Part shown: in pieces, positions 52,426 to 64,000 of the stretch | Layout: each line of letters begins with the position of its first letter | How positions within the stretch are numbered: position 1 is the first letter of the stretch | Source: Octopus vulgaris | Lineage: Eukaryota | DNA length: 64,000 nucleotides | Assembly: GCA_951406725.2 (NCBI GenBank) | Contig: OX597815.1 | Span: 209,126,001-209,190,000, forward strand | Direction: 5' to 3' | Notes under the pieces: model-generated | Told to the model about the DNA's origin: nothing | The model's input: the letters and a program-made list of their open reading frames with translations, nothing else | Databases searched by the model: none | Position numbers and translations under genes: made by a program

Positions 52426-52873
52426 CTTGCTAGTGTAACTGGGATATGCCATTAGGTGATACTAAAAGTTCCAGCCGAAATGAAATCTATAATATATTCG
52501 ACCTGTTTTCCATATTGTGACCCCCACTAGTAAATATTCTGTCATTCATCTTCAAACTCCTTCAGAATAATAAATCAAAAATTAACATTTTTATTGGTAA
52601 TTAACATTTGTATTGCTATTTATTATGCTGGTGTTGACCAACTGAAATCTCCTTATCATTCTTGTTGCTCTAAGTTGTTGATCAAGACTTTTTATTTAAT
52701 CCATTAATGGATTAAGTTTAATTTTTGTTCTGCAATTAATTATAATTAGATAACAATAACAGTAAACAGTATGGATGTTGAAGTTATAAAAGAATGGTTG
52801 GACAATAGTTTGAATTCATGAAAAGTTTTAATGCAAAGTTAAACACCCTTCTCACTCACTCATATATATATAT

Positions 52874-53502
52874 ATCGTGAAGTATATTTGCCACTTAAAT
52901 GTGGCTAACCCCTAAGGGTGGATGCTACTCTAGCTTGTATATTTCTTTATTGCCCACAAGGGGCTAAACATAGAGGGGACAAACAAGAACAGACAAAGGG
53001 ATTGAGCTGATTATATCGACCCCAGTGCATAACTGGTACTTTATTTATTGACCCCGAAAGGATGAAAGGCAAAGTTGACCTAGCCGGAATTTGAACTCAG
53101 AATGTAATGGCAGACGAAATACCACTAAGCATTTCGCCCAGCGTGCTGTTTCTGCCGACTCACCGCCTTTTATGCTTCTGTAGCTTGTAGCCCCAGGAGG
53201 ACACCTCCTCCAGCTGGCTATTGACATGCTATCTGTGCCCTATCAGTATTTGCAAAGGGACGCCATCCTTCCCATCTTCAATCTGACATTATACACACAG
53301 ACTCGAGTTTCCGGGTATTGACCCGTCATCAGCATGTGACAATCACCAGTTGTCGATGAAAAGTAGGTTCCTATTGCAAATATATATGGGGCTACAAGCT
53401 ACAGAAGCATCCACCCTTAGGGGTTAGCCACATTTAAGTGGCAAATATACTTCACGATGTCATGCAGCTACTGTTTATACCTCGCTCAGAGACTTATTAT
53501 TG

Positions 53503-53503
<1 letters not shown>
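52874..53503. mobile_element. Non-coding fold-back element with 72-bp inverted arms and a hammerhead ribozyme (Penelope-like)
   Basis: The right arm 53387-53458 is the reverse complement of 52874-52939 plus 53172-53195. The left arm is split by a SINE-C (52941-53168) with a TSD of about 18 bp. (TA)n lies on both flanks. Confidence 0.75.
53294..53338 (-). ncRNA. Minimal type I hammerhead ribozyme, intact core
   Basis: CACAUG-CUGAUGA-CGGGU caau ACCCG-GAAAC-ucga-GUC^UGUGUG: all core nucleotides, a 6-bp stem I, a 5-bp stem II and a short stem III with a palindromic loop. Confidence 0.88.
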
Positions 53504-53534
<31 letters not shown>

Positions 53535-53552
53535 GTATGTATATATATACTA

Positions 53553-53850
53553 TGTCAGGTCACTTTCAAGTGCTACTGGTAACATGTAACCCAGTACAAC
53601 CTGTTGCATGGTTGGGTCGTCGGCGACTAAACCGGCAACCCCACCAAGCTTGCTTGGTGAGGATAACTGGGATAACTCCGACATAAAACCTGCGGCTCAG
53701 TGGTTACCGATGATGTTGACTTGTTCTTTTCGGATTATGGCTGCTGTTGCTTAGTGAGTGGGATTGACTCAGTGCACAGGCATTGCACGATAACAACATT
53801 GTTTAAACTTCGTGCAATGACCATACTCGATAACGAGGGGGCAGCCACCA
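53553..53850 (+). mobile_element. Probable RTE LINE 5' UTR fragment with a multi-helix RNA structure
   Basis: GC-rich island with several helices. aagtgctactggt..acccag..ggttggg resembles RTE 5' leaders as I recall them; not verified by search. Confidence 0.4.
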
Positions 53851-54194
53851 TATATACATACATGATAGGCTTCTTTCAGTTTCCATCTACCAAATCCACT
53901 TACAAAACTTTGCTCCACATTAGTCTACAGTGGAAGACGCCCAAGGTGCCATGCAGTGGGACTAAACCCAGAACCATATGTTTGGGAAGCAAGCTTGTTA
54001 AGCACATAGCTATGCTTAAATACCTTGTTGACACCTGGTAAGACCTACACATCATCCACACCAATTTTACCTGCATTCTTTTTACCATTTTTCTGATTTT
54101 GGGCAGTTATATCTACTTTTTGTTTAACTCTTTTATTCTGGTTTCAATCATTGGACAGTGGCCATGCCTGGGCACCACTTTGAAGGGTTTAGTT

Positions 54195-54843
54195 CAGTGG
54201 TTCTCAACCAGAGTTCATATGGCCCTTGGAGGTCCATATAAATTTTAGTTGTTAAAATTTAACGGCAATAAATTGGTTACACTTCTATAATACACAAAAT
54301 ATTTTAACACATTTTTATACAATTTCTAATAATATTTAACTAGCAGTATAGCCCAGCGTTGCTCTGGCTTGTTTTCTTAGAATTGAAATTTTTGAAAAGT
54401 AAAAATTTTGCATTATGTAGCTTGTTATTCTCTTTAAGTGAACATTTTTCTGGTTGAAATACACCAAAAAATGACGACACAGCAGTCAAAAAATCGTAAA
54501 AAATAGGGATTTTCATAGAAAAAAAAAAGCACCTTTTTGATGTAAATAAATTTTGGCGTTAACATGGTCCGATTTGAATTTTTTCTTCTACGGAAGGAAG
54601 AGCAAGGCTTCTTCTATCATACTCTCAATTTTGCTCAACTTGCACCGCAGGGTCTCGGAGGAGATAGTGTTAGTTGAAGGCTACCAAACCTGCCATACAC
54701 AGACAACTTCAGCTTTATATATATATAGATTATAAAACTATAATAGGATTTTTTTAAAAAATGCATTGAATGGCTCTGAGGGCCTAGTAGAGTAAAATAG
54801 GAATTAAGGGCTTCCATAAGGGGAAAATGGTTGAGAACCTCTG
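54195..54843. mobile_element. hAT (Charlie-type) MITE with 8-bp TSD gtttagtt
   Basis: TIRs cagtggttctcaacc / ggttgagaacctctg; TSD at 54187-54194 and 54844-54851. Confidence 0.9.
54340..54729 (-). mobile_element. Complete non-autonomous Helitron (390 bp)
   Basis: Minus strand A|TC...imperfect hairpin...CTAG|T, with no TSD. Confidence 0.85.
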
Positions 54844-55405
54844 GTTTAGTTGATCAAATTTTACTCCAGTACTTCTTTTAAAAGATTGGTACTTATTGTG
54901 TCAACTCCACTTTGCCAAAACCACTAAAATACAGGAATTCTAGAAGGTTCATTCCTTCCCTCCCTAACAGAATATTGGTGTCGAATTTTGACACAAGGCC
55001 AAGAACTTCAGGAGAGAAGGCAAGTCAATTACATTGACCCCAGTGCTCAGTTGGTACTTATTTTATTGACCCCAAAAAGATGAAAGGCAAAATTGACCTT
55101 GACGGAATTTTGAACACAGATTATAGAGACAGATAAAATGCCACTGTGTTTAACGACTCCGCCCATTTGCCACCTGTTTTCCCTAACAGAATATTAATAG
55201 AGAAAACTGAAGAAAGGAATTCTATTGCTGAATGGTCATTTAACTGTCATGAAGTTCATTCATTCAGAAAAATTAGGAATTTTTAAGAACCATATGGTAG
55301 CTGTGCCTGTTTTCTCATGTTTAAAAAATATTACACAATCACAGCTTTAAAGGAACAAACAAACTGTTCTAAAATTCTTTTTTCAGTCAAAAAAATAAAT
55401 TTATA

Positions 55406-55813
55406 GGCGCAGGAGTGGCTGTGTGGTAAGTAGCTTTCTTACTAACCACATGGTTCCGGGTTCAGTCCCACTGCGTGGCACCTTGGCCAAGTGTCTTCTA
55501 CTATAGCCTCGGGCCGACCAAAGCCTTGTGAGTGGATTTGGTAGACGGAAACTGAAAGAAGCCCGTCGTATATATGTATATATATATATATATGTGCATG
55601 TATGTTTGTGTGTCTGTGTTTGTCCCACTAGCATTGCTTGACAACTGATGCTGGTGTGTTTATGTCCCCGTCACTTAGCGGTTCGGCAAAAAGAGACCGA
55701 TAGAATAAGTACTGGGCTTACAAAGAATAAGTCCCGGGGTCGAGTTGCCCGATTAAAGGCGGTGCTCCAGCATGGCCACAGTCAACTGACTGAAACAAGT
55801 AAAAGAGTAAAAG
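55406..55813 (+). mobile_element. SINE family A, full length, with a flanking direct repeat of about 61 bp
   Basis: 55337-55397 is repeated at 55814-55878. Confidence 0.9.
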
Positions 55814-57298
55814 AATCACAGCTTTAAAGGAACAAACAAACTGTTCTAAAATTCTTTTTTTCAGTCAAAAAAAAAATATATATATATATTTATATATATA
55901 TATATAAAGGAACCACTTCGAATTTAGATTTTCAGAAGTTGTTTTTTGGGTTTGTTATTTCAATTTTATTTATTTATTGAAATTCTATTTTATTCTCTTA
56001 TTGAGCTTTGCATTAATCCATTTCATGTAGTTGAAATAACTATGAACTTTATTATTATTATTATTATTATTTCTACATTTCTCTGTCTCTTGCTCTCCGT
56101 CTCTTTCTTCCTTCCCCAGTAAGATTAGAAACCACAGCCAGAAGATTGCTAACGTTGTGTTACACAACATGATATAACAATATCAAGTTATATTTTATTG
56201 TTATTTTTTTTTTACTTGGTATAGTTGTTTTGTCGTTGCCTTTTTCGCTATGTTCACCACAATTTTATCTCTTTTCTGCATCGATTTGCAGTTATGATGC
56301 TCTGCTAATGATTTTTAATGGAGTCGGTTTTTCAATTTGGATTTTATACTTATTCTTTCTTTCAAAACCCTATGCAACATTTCTAGGTTTTATTTATTAT
56401 TTATTTATTATCTAATTTATGTTTCTTTTTCTTTTTGTTTTCAAATACTTGGTCTGTGTGTGTGTATTTTCACTTCAAATTATATTCATTTTCATATTGT
56501 TGTTGTTCTTATTTTCTTTCGCTCTCTTTCTTTTTGATTCCATATTAGTTTCTTAACGTATTCTCTTAATTCAAAATTGAAGATAACAAAACTATTAATA
56601 TAGGCACAACTTTCTCTATTTCTTCAATAATCTTTGTCTCTTTTAATAATCAGGATTTGTTTACAATTTTCCAAGAAAGATATCTACCTAACCACCTTTC
56701 TCTCTCTCACTCTCTTTCATTCTCCCTTTCTCTCTCTCCTACTCGCCTTCCTCCCAACTCTTTATTTCCAAATCTATTGTTTCCTTAAGAGCTAAAAGAT
56801 TGCATGTTTTGAAAAATTATACAAATTGTAATTTTTCCTGTATTTCTTCCAGAAAATTAAGTAAAATCATAAGATCTGCTAAGATTTTCACCAATTTAAA
56901 ATGGAATATTTGCATAAGTCTGTAAACATTGTTCATCAGTTTCATGATGATGCTGATTATGATGATGATGATGTATTTATTTGCAATACTTTCATCGTAG
57001 TCTTTTTTTTTTTACCGATGCTTGCATTCGTAGCTATTTTAATGTTATTTCTACTCATTTCTAGCACTTTATCATCGTCCTGTTCTTTTTTCTTCCTTCC
57101 CCGCATTTATTCTTTTATAGCTTTTTCCTGAGATGTGGCATTAATTTTACCATTTCATCATTCCTATTTCTTATATTTACTTTCTTTTTTTTCTTTTCTT
57201 TTTTTTTTTTTAAGTAGGCACCCATTTTAATTTCTTAAATAACAATTTAATTTTCAGAGTTGTTTGAGATATATAAACTTTACATATTTTCTCCATAG

Positions 57299-57325
57299 GA
57301 GGAAGGCAAAGAAATGTACATTAGA
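57299..57325 (+). CDS. Candidate 27-nt microexon (EEGKEMYIR)
   Basis: ttttctccatag| acceptor and aga|gtaagg donor; phase 0-0 and purine-rich. Confidence 0.4.
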
Positions 57326-57421
57326 GTAAGGAAATTGTTCATTTTATCACCATCGTCGTCATCATATTATTAATTTTTAAAGAAACCATTATTATTATGA
57401 TTATGATTATTATTATTATTA

Positions 57422-57452
<31 letters not shown>

Positions 57453-58358
57453 CATTATTATTATTATTGTTATTACTATTTATCTGCAATAATGCCATAC
57501 ATATATTACAATTATTGTTAACCATCAGTGTTACTGTAATTTATGCTGTTGGTAAGTGGATTTGCTTTGAAAACCAGTATCTTGAGTTCAATATCTGCTG
57601 CATTTGATATTTTCTATCAGTTTTTTTTTTTTCCCTCCTTGAAACGTTTCTGGTGAAATTACAGGCAGGGCTGGGTTGTCAATGAGTTCACTTCACAAGC
57701 TTGTCGTTTTGAGGTCAGTCCTACTACAGTAGGCATCTTGGGTATTCTCTGAACTGACCAGGGCCTTGTTGATTAATTTTATAGATGAAAACTGCAGAAG
57801 TCTATTGTGTGTGTGTGTGTACATCTTTGTTTGAGTTCATCTCTCATTGCTTGACAACTGGAGTTGGTTTGTTTACATCCCCATAACTCAGCAGTTTGGC
57901 ATAAGAGAGGAAGGGGAGAGAGAGAAATAGATGGTACTGGATATGCATTAGTACCTACCCACTGGGAACAATAGAGTGGAGTGGATATAAATGGTACAGA
58001 GGGGGGATGGAGGAAGATGTTTGATGACAATGTCAGGGGGAATGTTAAGAGATGACTGTAGCAAGTGTTGGTGAGAAAAATTGGAGTAGCAAAATTGGAG
58101 TATGGTAGATATGTGAGGGCATGGAGAGTGTGTAGATAGACACATAAGGGATAGCAGAAGGGTCTGTATATATATGTATGTATGTATATAAGCATATATA
58201 TATGAGAGAGAGAGAGATTATTATTTCACTTAATCATAGTGATACTAATAACCTGGTGTTTGAACTCAGTATACATATGGTTCAGAATGAAGCATCAGTT
58301 AAGTTAAGAGCAGTAATAAAGAATTAAAATGACAAGGGAACAAGAAATTCTGTCATGA

Positions 58359-58460
58359 ACTTCATTAGCTTACAGCTGTTTCTGCTGTAAGATGCAATAC
58401 ACTCATAGTTGAGTGCTTGTGTATTACTCTATAGCTTCATCAAAGCTTCAAAAATGAAGT
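58359..58460 (-). ncRNA. Hammerhead ribozyme variant (long stem II, C3U) inside short inverted arms
   Basis: AGCU-UUGAUGA-[hairpin of about 54 nt]-GAAAC-agcu-GUA^AGCU, with stem I extended by CUUCAUU/AAUGAAG. 16-bp perfect inverted arms at 58325-58340 and 58470-58485. Confidence 0.65.
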
Positions 58461-58753
58461 GTACTTCATTTCCCTTGTCATTTTAGTTTCTTATTTATAT
58501 AATATTCATGCTAAGTGTAAAGCTCTGCACATTACCAGAATTTCTGAATCAGGATGGATAGAACAAACCACTCCAAATCTTTGTTATAGTATCAGTGTGA
58601 ATGGATTTAAGACCGGCTAACTTGTACAGTACATAGCCATATAATGTGTAAAAGTGAAGTCAAGCCAAGTAATTGTATTTTCAATACCTTTAATATGCAT
58701 GTTGTTATGCAATTTAAGTCACACTATAGCAGAAGGTATCTATCTAGCTATAT

Positions 58754-58797
<44 letters not shown>

Positions 58798-59156
58798 CAT
58801 ACACACACACTCATACAATATAAAAATGATCATTTAAGAAGTAGACATTTTCAAGAATAAATTTTACTGCACCAATGATAATATTAAAAAATCACAACTC
58901 CAGGCATAAGACTATTAAAGAACTCTTCAGCCAATTGGCTGACAATTCATTTATTCAGCCAGTGTGACACTTTTGACTCTTTCAATACATATTTTGGCAC
59001 CTGTTAAAGTCTAAGAGAATCAGTAGTCACACACACACACATGCACTTATACATTATGGCTTTATCTCACCATCGTAACCAGCACTTGGCATCTCTTTGC
59101 TGATTGATATCACGTCACACAAAAGTAATAATCTTGTAGCTGTATCTAGTCAAGTA

Positions 59157-59474
59157 TAGTGGAACCTTCGTTTACCAATTTAATTCATTCCTGAATGCTG
59201 TTTGTCACCCAAAATGTTTGTGAACCAAAACTATTTTTCCCATCGGAAATTCAAGAGAAAGCATGGTGTATTCAAGCAAGGAAATGCACTGAGTGAAAGC
59301 TAGACACCAGCTGATGTTCTTCCGCTGATATTCCCAGCTTGTAGCCAACTGATGTTGCTGGCCTCTGCGTTCGTTGCTTCAGACTCTGTTCATCACCTGA
59401 GGCATTTTAGGTTAAAACATTGTTTATAATCTGATTTTGTGATGAGAGGCGATTCATAAACCTAAGTTCTACTG
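59157..59474. mobile_element. pogo/Tigger-type MITE
   Basis: TA|tagtggaaccttcgttta ... taaacctaagttctactg|TA degenerate TIRs. Confidence 0.6.
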
Positions 59475-59504
59475 TATATCATTATTAATATTATGATGTG
59501 TTTT

Positions 59505-60082
59505 AGCATGCCGAGCAAAATCCTTAGCAGTATTTCGTCTGCCATTGCATTCTGAGTTCAAATTCCACCAAGGTCAACTTTACCTTTCATCCTTTCGGCG
59601 TCGATTAAATAAGTACCAGTTATGCACTGGGGTCAATATAATCGACTTAATCCCTTTGTCTGTCTTTGTTTGTCCCCTCTATGTTTAGTCCCCTGCGGGC
59701 AATAAATAAATAAATATTATTTGTTGCTTTTAACTCATCCATTTTAATAGTGAAGGTGCATGACTCAGTGGTTAGAATGTCAGGCTCACAATCATGAGGT
59801 AGTGAGTTCAATTCCTGGACCAGGCTGTGTGTTGTGTTCTTGAGCAAGACACTTTATTCCACATTGTTCCAGTTCAATCAACTGTAGAAATCAGTTGAAA
59901 CATCACTGATGCCAAGCTGTATCAGCCTTTACATTTTTCTTAGACAGCATCAGTGGCATGTAGAGGGGAGGCTGGTGTACATGGGCGACTGCTGGTCTTC
60001 CACAAACAACCTTGCCTGGACTTGTACCTCAGTGGGGAACTTTCCAGATGCAATCTCATGGTCATTCATGACCGAAGGGGGT
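59505..60082 (+). mobile_element. SINE-C (59505-59712) and full SINE-E (59750-60082; tRNA head plus CORE-like domain)
   Basis: tgactcagtggttag / gagttcaattcc boxes, then gtgttcttgagcaagacacttt..ccagttca. Confidence 0.8.
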
Positions 60083-60101
60083 GCTTCTATTTTAACACAA
60101 C

Positions 60102-60132
<31 letters not shown>

Positions 60133-61526
60133 AAACCCAGTCACACACATGCATAAACTCATATATATATATATCCTCATCAAAATTTAACATCTGTCTC
60201 CCAGGTGGCATGGGTTGAATGGTTGACAGGACCCAAGAGGTCCAAGGACAGTTTGGTATGGGCTGGATGTCGTTCCTTACACTCTACAGCATATATTGAG
60301 TGCTTTTTACATGCCACCAACACTAGTAAGGTTGCCATACCACTTGCAAGACAACAAACTCTGTTTAAGATGGCTTTATGCAAAGAGGTGAAGGTTTAAA
60401 GTATAAGATGAGAGACCAGAGCAGAACAGGTTTCTTGTTGTAGAGAATTTACATGGCTACTTACAGGATCTTCAGGCAAGTTATGACTCAGTTAAAACTT
60501 CTCTGAAGATCCTGAACTTGGAGTAGCAAAAAATTGACTTGTTCAGCATAAAATTGCGGTATTGAGTTCTCTCTTCTTCCAGCACGCACACACACACACA
60601 CACACGCACGCATACACACATATATCATCATCATCATAAGTCTGTTTTCCATGCTAGCCTGGGTTGGACAGTTTGACAAGAGCTGGTAAGGCCAGGGACC
60701 ACACCCAGCTCCGTTGTCTTTTCTGGCATGGTTTCTATGGCTGGATGCTCTTTCTAATGCTAACCACTTTGCACAGTCCTGGGTGCTTTTTTTATGTGCC
60801 ACCTGTACTTTTTACATGGCACCAGCACCAGTGCTTTTTTTATGTGGCACCACCATTGGTGCTTTTCTTTTTGTGGCACCAGCACCAGTCCCATTTACGT
60901 CGAACCAGCACCAGTATCAATTCTGCAGTGGTGGATAAGTCTTCTTGAGCACAACAAGACACCAGATGTCTCGAGATATATGTATGTGTGTGTGTGTGCA
61001 TATATCGCTGATGTACTTGCAAGCAAGCAATTTGATTTGAAACTACATGTTGTAAGTAAAACAATTATAGAATAGAAGACACAGATTGGCCATTCAAAAA
61101 AACACACAAAAATTCCTGACTTCATATAAACACTTATCATTTGGTGTCAAAATCTTCATTGTACCAACTGCAGCCTGGCTCCTGACAGGATATCAAGGTG
61201 CATAACCTTATAGCATTGGGCTAACAATTCATAAAGTTGTAGGTTTAATTCTGAGACTGCACAGTATTATGCATCTTTGAGCAATGCACTCCATTTCACA
61301 TTTCTCCAATCGACTCTTGAGAAAGAGAGAGCTGCACCAAGTAACCGGTGTGGTCCTCTCTTCATGCAACCATCATTTCCTCAAGGTTTTGCTAGCTCAA
61401 GGCTGGGAGGCCCAATAGGATATGTATTTGCTTATAACTACACAAGCATCTAAAACAATTAGTAGAAGTAGGGTGTATGCTGTCAAGTTATATTTCCTTA
61501 CAGGTGACAGCTATACTTAATACATG

Positions 61527-61585
<59 letters not shown>

Positions 61586-61586
61586 T

Positions 61587-61635
<49 letters not shown>

Positions 61636-61687
61636 TGAGAGAGATACATTATATATACATATATATATATATATTTATGTGATTATT

Positions 61688-61745
<58 letters not shown>

Positions 61746-62839
61746 CAAACACACATATTTACTCATATATATGCACACACACACACAGACGTGTGTAGGT
61801 TTGTATTTATATATGAATACATGAGTGCATACACACAGACTGTGTTAAATTGTAAAAAAAAATGATGTAAACATCTCCCACTAGTGAGTAGAGCTAAATA
61901 CACAGTAAAGGACCTCTTTTTTCCTCACCAGGATTTGTTGTTTTTGTGCAACATTTAGAATTTTGTTTGTTGGTGTTTTGATTGCTAATGTTGCACTTTT
62001 GTCTTTGCATCAATTCTCCTATCTCGACAATTAACAATTGAATAACATCATGTTAGTAACGCAGAGATAAAACGCAGCCATTGACTGAGCAAATTCTCCA
62101 TCGATTTGCACAAGCTCTTGTATCCACATGTCAGTTGTATGCACATAATGTACATCGGTTCACACGTGTGACTACGTACATGCTGTATGCATCACATAAA
62201 AAAATACTATATGCTATAGCTACACACACATTTTGATCATACACTAAAAACAATATGTGTGTGTGTATGTGTGTATACTAGACATATGGAGACAGACTCC
62301 TCCATATGTAGACAATACACATATGCCATGCACATGGTTTTCTTTTGTGTGTTTTTTTTTTTTCGTTTGTTTGTTTTTTTCCCTATCTACTTATCAATGG
62401 CTTGAATAAAGAAACTGTTATAGAAAGCGGTTACTGATTCCCTTGGAATTCAGTGACTGATCAATACAGCATTGAATTAATAGCTCTTTGATGATGGCTC
62501 AAGAACATAGTTTTTCTGTACAAACAATATGCTCTAAAGTGATCAAGATGCCATCGGGACTGAGTATCGCTTTATTTTTCACATGAATATAAGATTTTTA
62601 AATTTTACTGCACGGTATTTTTATATCCGAATATAAAATATAGCAGGAAAATAAATAAAAAACATGCAAAACCGCAAATGGAAAAAGTGTTGCTTTTGTA
62701 ATGATTGGTAAAGAGCCTGACTAAAGCATCATTGAAAATTTCCTTTCCACTTCTAAAAACCTGTTTAGTAGAGTTTTGTTAAGATCAAATGAAAAACCTA
62801 TCACAAATTCCATTTAAGTCCTCGCTTAAATTTACATGC

Positions 62840-62874
<35 letters not shown>

Positions 62875-63179
62875 ATAAATTGTTGTTTTGGTGAATCTTT
62901 CATATTAATATCTGAAGAATATGAGATATTTGCTGAAATGGATAGCGGTAGTACATTAGGTTTTGCAACAACAACAACAACAACAACAACAACGACTACT
63001 AGGGTTACAGATATATAAACCTAAAAGGTGAACGATCATAGAAAAATGAACATTATTATATTTGCATGAACTTTAAAAGGAATTTGGAAAAAATCTGGAA
63101 ATATTAGTTGTTAATGCTGCTGACAAAATTTCATAAAATATACATTAAATATTAAAGTGTCAAGATTTTGAAATAAGCC

Positions 63180-63180
<1 letters not shown>

Positions 63181-63226
<46 letters not shown>

Positions 63227-63260
63227 CTTTATAATTATTATTATAATTATTATTATTATA

Positions 63261-63296
<36 letters not shown>

Positions 63297-63933
63297 GTTA
63301 TTATTATTATTAAAGGTGGTGAGCTTGCAGAATCATTAGCACACAGGACAAAATGCTTAGCAGTATTTCGCCCATCGCTATGTTCTGAGTTCAAATCCCG
63401 CCAAGGTTGACTTTGCCTTTCATCTTTTTGGGGTTGATAAAATTAGCACCGGTGATGTACTGGGGTCGATGTAATTGGCTTAATCCCTTCCCCCAAAATT
63501 TGAGGCTTTGTGCTTCCAGTAGAAAGGATTATTGTTATTATTATTATTATTAAGGTGGTGAGCTGGCAGAATCAGTAGCAAGCTGGCCAAAATACTTAGC
63601 AGTATTTCACCTATCAAATATGTTCTGAGTTCAAATTCTGCCAAGGTTGACTTTGCATTTCATTCTTTAGGGGTTGGTAAATTAAGTACCAGTGAAACAC
63701 TGGGGTTGATATAATCGACTAGCCCCTCCCTACAAAGTTTCATGCCATGTGCATTTAGTAGAAAAGATTATTATTATTATTATTATTATTATTAAGGCAG
63801 CAAGCTGGCAGAATCGTTAGCATGCCAGACGAAATGCTTAGTGGTATTCCGTCTGCTTCATGCTCTGAGTTCAAATTCTGCTGAAGTTGACTTTGCCTTT
63901 CATCCTTTCAGGGTCAATAAAGTAAGTACCAGC
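63181..63933 (+). repeat. (TTA)n tract followed by three head-to-tail SINE-C variant copies separated by (TTA)n
   Basis: Units start at about 63313, 63552 and 63794 (period about 240 bp) and are mutually diverged. Confidence 0.85.
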
Positions 63934-64000
63934 CAAAATAAGACCAAAGCAGTGCATTTTATTTTTGAGCAAAACGCTTCATCTCACGTTGCTCTGTGAT

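Noticed and set aside
52411-52430. ctgatga motif in the HERO-like 3' UTR
   Set aside because: No stem II and GAAA follow it, so it is not a hammerhead.

Overview
AT-rich animal genomic DNA, saturated with (TA)n/(TG)n/(TAT)n microsatellites, tRNA-derived SINEs, truncated LINEs (RTE, CR1, R4/Dong, HERO-like), MITEs (piggyBac, hAT, Tc1/mariner, pogo) and Helitrons. The repeat repertoire looks like octopus; this is inferred from memory, not from a search. Nearly all ORFs in the supplied track are microsatellite or SINE artefacts. Reading splice signals gives a chain of short, largely phase-compatible plus-strand exons at about 4.2, 17.9, 22.5, 26.4, 36.0, 41.1, 43.0 and possibly 57.3 kb. Their peptide resembles the UPA region of ZU5-UPA-death-domain proteins, so most of the window is probably intron. 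The most notable signal is a set of small non-coding fold-back elements carrying minimal hammerhead ribozymes. One has an intact core (53294-53338, minus strand), one is a long-stem-II variant (58359-58460), and several are decayed. Other signals: a twister-like multi-helix RNA at 53556-53660, long perfect palindromes, SINEs with 60-108 bp flanking duplications, and inverted LINE 3' ends bracketing two exons.
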